Origin: the human T2T-CHM13v2.0 reference genome, Homo sapiens
Reading direction: 5' to 3' (one strand)
Assembly (NCBI RefSeq): GCF_009914755.1
Contig: NC_060934.1
DNA length: 64,000 nucleotides
Below are positions 1 to 12,974 of this stretch, in pieces; position 1 is the stretch's first letter, and each line of letters opens with the position of its first letter. Under the pieces are notes generated by a model. That model saw only the letters and a list, made by a program, of their open reading frames with translations. It was not told the DNA's origin and ran no database searches. The translations under genes and the position numbers were made by a program.

Positions 1-3000
1 ATCAACTCGAGTGGAAAGGAATGGAAAAGAAAGGAATGGAATGGAAAGGAAAGGAATGGAATGCAATGGAATGCAAAGGTATGGAATGGAGTCAATCCGA
101 GTGGAATGGAATGGAATGGAATGGAATGGAATGGAATGGAATGGAATTTAAAGGAATGAAATGGAATGGAATGGAATGAAATTGAATGGAATGGAATGCA
201 ATGGAATGTAGTGGAATGGAATAAACACCAGTGGAATGGAATGCAATGGAATGGAGTGGAATGGAAAGAAATGGAATGTAATGGAATGGAATGGAATGGA
301 ATGGACATGAATGGAATGGAATGGACTAGAATGGAATGGAATGGAAATAAATCAACCCGATTGGAATGGAATGGAATGCAATGGAATGGAATGGAATGAA
401 CTGGAAAGGAACGAAATGGAATGGAAAGGAATGGAAAGAATGGAATGGAATGGAATGGAATGGAATGGAATGGAATCCACCCGAGTCGAATGCAAGGGAA
501 TGGAATGGAATGGAATGGAATGGAATGGAATGGAATGGAATGGAATGGAATCAACCCAAGTGGAATGGACTGGAATGGAATGGAATACAATGGAATGGAA
601 TGGAATGGAATGGAATCAGCTGCAGTGGAATGGAATGGAATGGGATGGAATGGAATGGACAGGAATAGAATGGAATGGAATATAACGGAGTGGAATCAAC
701 ACGAGTGGAATGGAATGGAATCAAATTGAATGGAATCGAAGGAAAGGAATGCAATGGAATGGAATCAACCTCAGTGGAACAGAAAGGAATGTAATGAAAT
801 GGAATGGAATGGAATGGAATGCAATGGAATGGTATGGAATGGAGTGGAATGGAATCGGTTGGAATGGGATGGAATCAACCCGAGTGGAACGGACTGGAAT
901 GGAGTGGAATGGAATGGAACGGCATGGAATGATATGGAATCAACTAGAATAGAATGGAATGGGATGGATTGGAATGGAATCAAATGGAATCAACCTGAGT
1001 GGAATGGAATGGAATGGAATGGAATGAATGGAAATGAATGGAATGGAAACTAATGGAATGGAATGGAAAGGAAACAACCCTAGTGGAACGGAATGCAATG
1101 GAATGCAAAGGAATAGAATTGAATTCAATGTAATGGAAACAAACCGAGTGGAATGTAATGTAATGGAAAGGACTGGAATGTAATGGAATGGATGGGAATC
1201 AACCCGATTCCAATGCAACAGAATGGAATGTAATCGAATAGAGTGGAACGGAATGGAATGGAAAGGAAAGAATGGAATGAACTGGAATGGAATGGAACGG
1301 CATGGAATTTAACGGAATGGAATGGAATGGAATGAAATGGAATGGAATCAACCCGGGTAGAATGCAATGGAATGGAAAGGAATGGAATGGAATGGAATCA
1401 ACACGAGTTGATTGGAAGGGAATGGAATGGAATGGAATGGAATGGAATGGAATGGAATGGAACGGAACGGAATGGAATGGAATGGAATGGAATGGAATGG
1501 AATGGAACGGAACGGAATGGAATGGAATGGAAGGGAATGGAATGGAATGGAAAGGAATGGAATGAACTGGAATGGAATGGAATGCAATTTAATGAATGGA
1601 ATGGAATCAACCCGAGTGGAGTGGAATGGAATGGAATGGAAACGAATGGAATGGAATGGAAACTAATGAAATGGAATGCAAACAACCCGAGAGGAATGGA
1701 ATGCAATGGAATGGAATGGAATTCAACGGAATGGAAACACCCCGAGTGAAATGGCATGGAATGGAAAGGAATTGAATGTAATGGAATGGATTGGAATCAA
1801 CCCGATTAGAAAGCAATGGAATGGAATGGAATGGAATGGAATGGAAGGGAATGGAATGAAATGGAATTGAAAGGAAAGGAATGGAATGGAATGGAAGGGA
1901 TTGGAATGGAATGGAATGGATTAGAATGGAATGGAATGGAATGAAATCAACCCGATTGGAATGGAATGGAATGCAATGTAATGGAATGGAATCAACTGGA
2001 AAGAATTGAAATGGAATGGAATGGAATGGAACGGAATCAACCCGAGTGGAATGCAATGGAATGGAATGGCATGGAATGAAAAGAAATCAACCTGGCTGGA
2101 ATGGATTGGAATGGAGGGGAATGGAATGGAATGGCATGGAATGCAATGGAATCAACTGGAATGGAATGGAATGGAATGGAATAGAATGGAATGGAATCAA
2201 ACGGAATCAACCTGAGTGGAATGGAAAGGAATGGAATGGAATGAATGGAATGGAAACTAATGGAATGGAATGGAAAGGAAACAACCCGAGTGGAATAGAA
2301 AGCAATGGAATGCAATGGAATGGAATGGAATTTGATATAATGGAAAAAAAACCGACTGGAATGCAATGGAATGGAAAGGACTGCAATGTAATGAAATGGA
2401 TCGGAATCAACCCGATTCCAATGCAACGGAATTGAATGGAATGGAAACGAATGGAATGAACTGGAATGGAATGGAATGGAATGGAAATGAATGGAATGGA
2501 ATGGAATGGAATGGAATGGAATGGAATGGAATGGAACGGAATGCAATGGAAGGGAACAAAACGGAATGAACCCGAGTTGAATGGAATGGAATGGAATGGA
2601 ATGGAATGGAATGGAAAGGAACGGAATAGAATGGAATGGAATGGAATGGAATGAACACGAGTGGAATGGAATGGAATGGAATGGATTGGAATGCAATGGA
2701 ATGGAATCAACCCGAGTGGAATAGAATGGAATGGAGTGGAATGGAATGGAATGGGACGGAATGGAATGGAATGGCATGGAATAGAATGGAACGGAACGGA
2801 AGGGAACAGAATGGAATGGAATGGAATGGTCTCAACCTGAATGAAATGGAATGAAATGGAATGGAATCAACCACAGTGGAATGCAACGGAATGGAATGGA
2901 ATGGAATGGAATGGAATGGAATGAAATCAACCCGAGTGGAATGGATAGGAATAGAGACGAATTGAATGGAACGGCATGGAATGCAATGGAATCAACTAGA

Positions 3001-5155
3001 ATGGAATGTAATATAATGGAATGGAATGGAATGGAATGGAATAGAATCAACCCGAGTGAAATGGAATGGAAGGGAATGGAATGGAAAGGAATGGAAAACA
3101 ATGGATTGGAATCAACCAAATAGAATGGAATGGAATGGAATGGAATGGAATAGAATGGAATCAATTCGAGTGCAATGTAATGGTATAGAATGGAATGGAA
3201 TGGAATGGAATGGAATCAACCAGAGTGCAATGGAATGGAAAGAAATTGAAATGAATGGAATGGAATGGAATGGAATGGAATGGCATGGAATGGAATGGAA
3301 TGGAGTGGAATCAACCCGAGTGGAATGGAATGGAATGGAATCTAACGGCATGGAATGGAATGGAATGGACTGAAATCAACCCGAGTGGATTGGAATGGAA
3401 TGGAATGGACTGGAATGGAATGGAATAGAATGGAATCAACCCGAGTGGAATGAAATGGAATGGAATGGAGTGGAAAGGAATACAATGGAATGGAATGGAA
3501 TGGAATGGAATGGAATGGAATGGAATGGAATCAACACGAGGGGAATGGAATGGAATGGACTGGAATAAACACGGGTGGAATGGAATGGAATGTAATGGAA
3601 TAGAATGGAATGGAATCAACTCGAGTGGAAAAGAATGGAACGGAAAGCAATGGAATGGAAAGGAAAGTAATGGAATGAACTGGAATGCAATAGTATGGAA
3701 TTGAGTCAACCAGAGTGGAGTGGAAAAGAATGAAATGGAATGGAATGGAATGCAATCGAATGGAGTGGAATGGAATAAACACCAGTGGAATGGAATGGAA
3801 TGGAATGGAATGGAATGGACAGGATTGGAATGGAATGGAATGGAACGGAATGCTATGGAATGGAATGGAATCAACTGGTAAGGAATGAAATGGAATGGAA
3901 TGGAATGGAATGGAATGGACTGGAATCAACACGAGTGGAATGCAATGGAATGGAATGGAATGGAATGGAATAAAATCAACCCGAGTGGAATGCATAGGAA
4001 TAGAGTGGAATGGAAAGGAAAGGCATGGAATGCAATGGAATCAACTAGAATGGAATGGAATGGAATGGACAGGAATGGAATAGAATGGAATGGAATGGAA
4101 TGGAATGGAATGGAGTGGAATGGACTAGAATGGAATGGAATTGAATGAAATCAACCCGATTGGAATGGAATGGAATGCAATGGAATGGAATGGAAACAAC
4201 TGGAAAGGAATCAAATGGAATGGAATGGAATTGAACGGAATGGAATGGAATGGAATGGAATGCAATGGAATGGAATCAACCTGAGTAGAATGCAATGGAA
4301 TGGAATTCAATGGAATGGAATGGAATCAACCCGATTGGAATGGATTGGAAGGCAGTGGAATGGAATGGAACGGCATGTAATGCAATGGAATCAACTAAAA
4401 TGGAATGGAATGGAATGGATTGGGATGGAATCGAACGGGATCAACCTGAGTGGAATAGAATGGAAAGGAATGGAATGAATGGAATGGAATTAAATGGAAT
4501 GGAAACTAATGGAATGGAATGGAAAGGAAGCAACCCGAGTGTAATGGAAAGCAAAGGAATGGAATGGAATGGAATGGAATGGAATGGAATTAAATGTAAT
4601 GCAAAGAAACCGAGTGGAATGTAATGGCATGGAAAGGACTGGAATGTAATGCAATGGTTTGGAATCAACCCGATTCCAATGCAACGGAATGGAATGGAAT
4701 GGAATGGAATGGAATGGAATGGAATGGAATGGAATGGAAAGGAATTAACCCGAGTGGAATGCAATGGAATGGAATGGAATGGAATGGAATGAAATCAACC
4801 CGAGTGGAATGGATTTGAATAGAGTGGAATGGAATGGAACGGCATGGAATGCAATGGAATCAAGTAGAAAGGAATGGAATGGAATGGAATGGACAGGAAT
4901 GGAATGGAACGGAATAGAATGGAATGGAGTGGAATGGACTAGAATGGAATGGAACGGAAAGAAGTCAACCCGATTGGAATGGAATGGAATGCAATGGAAT
5001 GGAATGGAATCAACTGGAAAGGAATCAAATAGAACAGAATGCAATGGAATGGAATGGAATGGAATGGAATGGAATGGAATGGAATGGAATGAAATGGAAT
5101 TATCTCGAGTGGAAAGGAATGGAATGTAAAGGAATGGAATGGAAAGGAAAGGAAT

Positions 5156-5205
5156 GGAATGCCATGGAATGCAATGGCATGGAATGCCATGGAATGCAAT
5201 GGCAT
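5156..5205 (+). repeat. 25-bp tandem duplication (GGAATGCCATGGAATGCAATGGCAT)x2
   Basis: Read directly. Also doubled at 18131-18180; single (GCCATGGAATGCAATGGTAT) at ~36352. Confidence 0.85.
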
Positions 5206-8200
5206 GGAATGGAGTCAACCCGAGTGGAATGGAATGGAATGGAATGGAATGAAATGGAATGGAATGGAATGCAATGGAATGGAGTAGAATGGAATAAACA
5301 CCAGTGGAATGGAATGCAATGGAATGGAGTGGAATGGAATAAACACCAGTGGAATGGAATGGAATGGAATGGAATGGAATGGAATGGAATGGAATGGAAT
5401 TTTATGGACAGTAATGGAACGGAATGGAATGGAATGGAATGGAATGGAATTGACTAGAATAGAATGTAATGGAATGAAATCAACCCGATTGGAATGGAAA
5501 GGAATGCAATGGAATGGAATGGAATCAACTGGAAAGGAATGAAATGGAAGGGAATGGAGTGGAATGGAATGGAATGGAATGGAATGGAATCAACCCGAGT
5601 GGAATGCAAAGGAAAGGAATGGAATGGAATGGAATGGAATCAACCCACGTGGAATGGAATGGAATGGAATGCAATGGAATCAACCTGAGTGGAATGCAAT
5701 GGAAAGGAATGGAATGGAATGGAATGGAATCAACTCGAGTGGAATTAATTGGAATGGAGTGGAATGGAATGGAACGGCATGGAATGCAATGGAATCAACT
5801 AGAATGGAATGGAATGGAATGGATTGGAATGGAATCGAACGGAATCAACCTGAGTGGAATGGAATGGAATGGAATGGAATGAATGGAATGGAAACTAAAG
5901 GAATGGAATGGAAAGGAAACAACCCAAGTGGAATGGAATGCAATGGAATGCAATGGAATGTAATGGAATGGAATGGAATTCAGTGTAATGGAAACAAACC
6001 GAGTGGAATATAATGGAAAGAAAAAGACTTGGATGTAATGGAATGGATAGGAATCAACCCGATTACAATGCAACGGAATGGAATGGAAGGGAATGGAATG
6101 GAATGGAAAGGAATGGAATGAACTGGAATGCAATGGAATTTAATGGAATGGAATGGAACGGAATGGAATGAACCCGAGTGGAGTGGAATGGAATGGAAAG
6201 GAAATGAATGGAATGGAATGGAATGGAATGGAACGGAACGAAATGAAATGAACCCGAGTAGAATGGAAAGGAATGGAATGGAATGGAATCAACCCGAGTG
6301 GAATGGAATGGAATGGAATGGAATGGAATGGAATGGAATGGAACGGAACTAAAAGGATTGAACCCGAGTCTAATTGAATGGAATGGAATGGAATGGAATG
6401 GAATGGAATCAACCCGATTGGAATGGAATGGAGCGGAATAAACACGAATGGAATGGAATGGAATGGAATGGAATGGAATCAACTCGAGTGGAATGAAACG
6501 GAACGTCATGGAATGGAATGGAATGGAATAGAATGGAATGGAATGGAATGGAGTGGAATAGAATGGAATCAATTCGAGTGCAATGTAATGGAATAGAATG
6601 GAATCAATTAAACTGCAATGTAATGGTATACAATGGAATGGAATGGAATGGAATGGAATGGAATGGAATCAACCAGAGTGGAATGGAATGGAAAGGAATG
6701 GAATGGAATGGAAAGGAATGGAATGGAATGAATTGGAATGGAATGGAATGGAATGGAATGTAACGGCATGGAATGCAATGGAATGGAGCGGAATCAACCC
6801 GAGTGAAATGGAATGGAATGGACTATAACGGCATGGAATGGAATGGAATGGACTGGAAACAAACCGAGTGGAATGGAATGGAATGGAAACGAATGGAATG
6901 GAATCAACCCGAGTGGAATGGAGTGGAATGGAATGGAATGGAATCAACCCGAGTGGAATGTAATGGAATGGATTGGAATGGAATGAACCCGACTGCAACG
7001 GAATGGAATGGAATGGAAAGGAATGGAATGGAATGAAATGAACACGAGTGGAATGGAATGGAATGGAATGGAATGGAATGGAATGGAATGGAAAGGAATG
7101 GAATGGAATGGAATGGAATGGAATGGAATGGAATGGAATTTTATGGACAGTAATGGAACGGAATGGAATGGAATGGAATGGAATGGAATGGAATGGAATG
7201 GAATTGACTAGAATGGAATGAAATGGAATGAAATAAACCGGATTGGAATGGAATGGAATGCAATGGAATGGAATGGAATGGAATCAACCGGAAAGGAATC
7301 AAATGGAACGGAATGGAATGGAATGGAATGGAAAAAATGGAATGGAATCAACTCGAGAGGAAAGGAATGGAATGGCAAGGAATCGAATGGAAAGGAAAGG
7401 AATGGAATGCAAAGGAATGCAATGGTATGGAATGGAGACAACCCGAGTGGAATGGAATGGAATGGAATGGAATGGAATGGAATGGAATGGATTGGAGTGG
7501 AATGGAATAAACACTAGTGGAATGGAATGGAATGGAATGGCATGGACAGGAATGGAATGGAATGGAATGGAATGAATTGGAATGGAATGGAATGGACTAG
7601 AATGGAATGGAATGGAATGAAATCAACCAGATTGGAATGGAATGGAATGCAATGGAGTGGAATGGAATCAACAGGAAAGGAATGAAGTGGAGTGGAATGG
7701 AATGAAATGGAGTGGAATGGAATGGAATGGAATGGAATGGAATGGAATTAACCCGAGTAGAATGCTATGGAATGGAATGAAATGGAATGGAATGAAATCA
7801 ACCCTAATGGAATGGATTGGAATAAAATGGAATGTAATGGAATGGCATGGAATGCAATGGAATCAACTAGAATGGAATGGAATGGAATGAAATGGACAGG
7901 AATGGAATGGAATGGAATGGAATGGAATGGACTGGAATGGACTAGAATGGAATGGAATGGAATGAAATCAACCCGAATGGAATGGAATGGAATGCAATGG
8001 AATGGAATGGAATCAACTTGAAAGGAATGAAATGGAATGGAATGGAATGGAATGGAATGGAATCAACCCGAGTGGAATGCAATGGAATGGAATGGAATGG
8101 CATGGAATGGAATGGAATGGAATGGAATGGAATGGAATCAACTCGAGGGGAATGGATTGAAATGGAGTGGAATGGAATGGAACGGCATGGAATGTAATGG

Positions 8201-8288
8201 AATCAACTAGAATGGAATGGAATGGAATGGATTGGAATGGAATCGAACGGAATCAACCTGAGTGGAATGGAATGGAATGGAATGGAAT

Positions 8289-8480
8289 GAATGGAATGGA
8301 AACTAAAGGAATGGAATGGAAAGGAAACAACCCAAGTGGAATGGAATTCAATGGAATGCAATGGAAAGGAATGGAATGGAATTGAATTGAATGGAATGAA
8401 TGGAATGGAAACTAAAGGAATGGAATGGAAAGGAAACAACCCGAGTGGAATGGAATTCAATGGAATGCAATGGAATGGAA
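8289..8480 (+). repeat. ~109-bp local tandem duplication (GAATGGAATGGAAACTAAAGG...GGAAACAACCCRAGT...TTCAATGG)
   Basis: Unit starts at ~8289 and ~8398. Also doubled at 21279-21470 and 39405-39595; single at 5881, 18861, 28681, 46940 and 52966. Confidence 0.85.
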
Positions 8481-11400
8481 TGGAATGGAATGGAATTCAG
8501 TGTAATGGAAACAAACCGAGTGGAATATAATGGAATGAAAAGGATTGGGATGTAATGGAATGGATTGGAATCAACCCGATTACAACGCAACGGAATGGAA
8601 TGGAAGGGAATGGAACTCAATGGAAAAGAATGGAATGAACTGGAATGCAATGGAATTTAATGGAATGGAATGGAACGGAATGGAATCAACCCGAGGGGAG
8701 TCGAATGGAATGGAAAGGAAATGAATGGAATGGAATGGAATGGAAAGAAATGGAATGACCCCGAGTAGAATGGAATGGAATGGAATGGAATGGAATGGAA
8801 TGGAATTGAATGGAATCAACTCGAGTGGAATGAAATGTAACATCATGGAATGGAATGGAATGGAATGGAATGGAATGGAATGGAATAGAAAGGAATCAAT
8901 TCGAGTGCAATGTAATGGTATAGAATGGAATGGAATGGAATGGAATATAACGGCATGGAATGCAATGGAATGGAGTGGAATCAACCCGAGTGGAATGGAA
9001 TGGAATGGACTGTAACGGCATGGAATGGAATGGAATGGAATGGAATGGAATGGAATAAAACCGAGTGGATAGGAATGGAAAGGAATGGAACGGAAATGAA
9101 TGGAATGGAATCAACCCGAGTGGAATGGACTGGAATGGAATGGAATGGAATCAACCCGAGTGGAATAGAATGGAATGGAATGGAATGGAATCAACCCGAG
9201 TGCAATGGAATGCAATGGAATGAAAAGGAATAGAATCGAATGAAATGAACACGTGTGGAATGGAATGGAATGGAATGGAATGGAATGGAATGGAATGGAG
9301 TGGAAGAGAATGGAATGGAATCAACCCGAGTTGAAAGGAATGGAATGGAAAGGAATAGAATGGAATGGAAAGGAATGGAATGCAATGGAATGCAATGGTA
9401 TGGAATGGAGTCAACCCGAGTGGATGGAATAGAATGGAATCGAATGGAATGGAATGGAATGGAATGCAATGGAATGGAGTGGAATGGAATAAACACCAGT
9501 GGAATGGAATGGAATGGAATGGAATGGAATGGACTAGAATGGAATGGAATGGAATGAAATCAACCCGATTGGAATGGAATGGAATGCAATGGAATGGAAT
9601 GGAATCACCTGGAAAGGAATGAAATGGAATGGAATGGAATGGAATGAATGGAATGGAATGGAATGAATGGAATGTAACCGAATGGAAACTAATGGAATGT
9701 AATGGAAAGGAAACAACCAGAGTGGAATGGAATACAATGGAATGCAATGGAATGGAATGGAATGCAATGGAATTCAATGGAATGGAAAAAAAGCGAGGGA
9801 ATGGAATGGAATGGAAAGGACTGGAATGTAATGGAATGGATTGGAGTCAACCCGATTCCAACGCAATGGAATGGAATCGAATGGAAAGGAATGGAATGAA
9901 CGGGAATGGAATGGAAAGGAATGGAATGAACTGGAATGGAATGGAATGGAATGGAATTTAATGGAATGGAATGGAATGGAATGGAATCAACCCGAGTAGA
10001 GTGGAATGGAATGGAATGGAAATGAAAGGAATGGAATGGAATGGAATGGAACGGAACGGAATGGAATGAACCCGAGTGGAATGGAAAGCAATGGAATGGA
10101 ATGGAATGGAATGGAATCTACCCTAGTAGAATGGAATGGAATGGAATGGAATGGAATGGAATGGAATGTAATGGAATAAACACGAGTGGAAAGGAATGGA
10201 ATGGAAAGGAATGAAATGGAAAGGAAAGGAATGGAATGCAACAGAATGCCATGGTATGGAATGGAGTCAACCCGAGTGGATTGGAATGGAACGGAATGGA
10301 ATGGAATGAAATGGAATGGAATGGAATGTAATGCAACGGAATGGAGTGGAATGGAATAAACACCAATGGAATGGAATGGAATGGAATGGAATGGAATGGA
10401 CAGGAATGGAATGGAATGGAATGGAATGGAATGGAATGGAATGAAATGGAATGAAATCAACCCGATTGGAATGGAATGGAATGCAATTGAATGGAATGGA
10501 ATCAATTGGAAAGGAATGAAATGAATGGAATGGAATGGAATGGAATGGAATGGAATGGAATGGAAAGGAATCAACCCGGGTAGAATGGAATGGAATGGAA
10601 TGGAATGGAATGGATTGGAAAGGAATTGAATTGAAAGGAAACTAATGGAATGCAATGGAATACAAAGGTATGGAATGGAGTAAACCCGAGTGGAATTGAA
10701 TGCAATGGAATGTAATGTAATGGAATAGAATGGAATGCAATGGAATGGAGTGGAATGGAATAAACACCAGTGGAAAGGAATGGAATGCAATGGAATGGAA
10801 TGGACAGGAATGGAATGGAATGGAATGGAATGGATTGGAATGGAATGGAATGGAATGGAATGGAATGGAATGGAGTGCAATGAAATCAACACAATTGGAA
10901 TGGAATGGAATGCAATGGAATGGAATGGAATCAACTGGAAAGGAATCAAATGGAAAGGAATGGAATGGAATGGAATGGAATGGAATGGAATGGAATGGAA
11001 TGGAATTAACCCGAGTGGAATGTAGTGGAATGGAATGGAATGGAATGGAATGGAATGAAATCAACCCGAATGGAGTGGATTTGAATAGAGTGGAATGGAA
11101 TGGAACGGCATGGAATGCAATGGAATCAACTAGAATGGAATGGGATGGAATGGAAAGGAATGGAATGAACTGGAATGGAATGGAATAGAATGGAATTTAA
11201 TGGAATGGAATGGAATTGAATGGAATCAACCCGAGTGGAGTGGAATGGATTGGAATGGAAATGAATGGAATGGAATGGAATGGAGTAGAACGGAACGGAA
11301 TGGAATGAACCCGAGTGGAATGGAAAGGAATGGAATGGAATGGAATGGAATGGAATGGAATTAACCCGAGTGGAATGAAATGGAATGGAATGGAATAAAC

Positions 11401-12974
11401 ACGAGTGGAATGGAATGCAATGGAATGGAATGGAAAGGAATGGACTAGAATGGAATGGAATGGAAAGGAATGGAATGCAATGAATTGCAATGGTATGGAA
11501 TGCAGTCAACCCGAGTGGAATGGAATGGAAAGGAATGGAATGAAATGGAATGGAATGGAATGCAATGGAATGGAGTGGAATGGAATAATCAACAGTGGAA
11601 TGGAATGCAATGGAATAGAGTGGAATGGAATAAACACCAGTGGAATGGAATGGAATGGAATGGAATGGAATGGTCAGGAATGGAATGGAATGGAATTGAA
11701 TGGAATGAAAAGGACTAGAAGGGAATGGAATGGAATGAAATCAACCCGATTGGAATAGAATGGAATGCAATGGAATGGAATGGAATCAGCTGGAAAAGAA
11801 TCAAAGGGAATGGAATGGAAGGGAATGGAATGGAATGGAATGGAATGGAATGGAATCAACCCGAGTGGAATGGAATGGAATGGAATAGAACGGAATAAAC
11901 ACGAATGGAATGGAATGGAATGGAATGGAATGGAATGGAATGGAATGGAATGGAATCAACTCGAGTGGAATGAAATGTAACGTCATGGAATGGAATGGAA
12001 TGGAATGGAATGGAATGGAATGGAATGGAATAGAATGGAATCAATTCGAGTGCAATGTAATTGAATAGAATGGAATCAATTAAACTGCAATGTAATGGTA
12101 TAGAATGGAATGGAATGGAATGGAATGGAATGGAATGGAATCAACCAGAGTGGAATGGAATGGAAAGGAATGGAATGGAATGGAAAGGAATGGAATCGAA
12201 TGAAATGGAATGGAATGGAATGGAATGGAATGTAACGGCATGGAATGCAATGGAATGGAGTGGAATCAACCCGAGTGGAATGGAATGGAATGGACTGTAA
12301 CAGCATAGAATGGAATGGAATGGACTGGAAACAAACCGAGTGGAATGGAATGGAATGGAAACGAATGGAATGAAATCAACCCGAGTGGAATGGAGTGGAA
12401 TGGAATGGAATGGAATCAACCCGAGTGGAATGGAATGGAATGGATTAGAATGGAATGAACCCGACTGCAAAGGAATGGAATGGAATGGGAAGGAATGGAA
12501 TGGAATGAAATGAACACGAGTGGAATGGAATGGAATGGAATGGAATGGAATGGAATGGAATGGAAGAGAATGGAATGGAATCAATCTGAGTGGAAAGTAA
12601 TGGAATGGAAAGGAATAGAATGGAATGGAAAGGAATGGAATGCAATGGAATGCAATGGTATGGAATGGAGTCAACACGAGTGGAATGGATTGGAATGGAA
12701 TCGAATGGAATGGAATGGAATGGAATGCTATGGAATGGAGTGGAATGGAATAAACACCAGTGGAATGGAATGGAACGGAATGGAATGGACAGGAATGGAA
12801 TGAAATGGAATGGAATGGAAAGGACTAGAATGGAATGGAATGGAATGAAATCAAACCGATTGGAATGGAATGGAATGCAATGGAATGGAATGGTATCAAC
12901 TGGAAAGGAATCAAAGGGAACGGAATGGAATGCAACGGAATGGAATGGAATGGAATGGAACAGAATGGAATAGA

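Larger units (their letters stand above)
1..10600 (+). repeat. ~12.98-kb tandem duplication, copy 1 (left end lies outside the window)
   Basis: Position 1 ATCAACTCGAGTGGAAAGGAATGGAAAAGAAAGG recurs at 12975. ORF-track translations are identical at offsets 12974-12995 (166/13140, 710/13685, 3026/16001, 5494/18474, 8725/21715, 9702/22697). Confidence 0.95.

Noticed and set aside
5290-5350. AATAAA polyadenylation-like signals (GGAATAAACACCAGT) recurring through the window
   Set aside because: They arise from the spacer variant CAAC>AAAC after GGAAT. There is no GU/U-rich downstream element or gene context.
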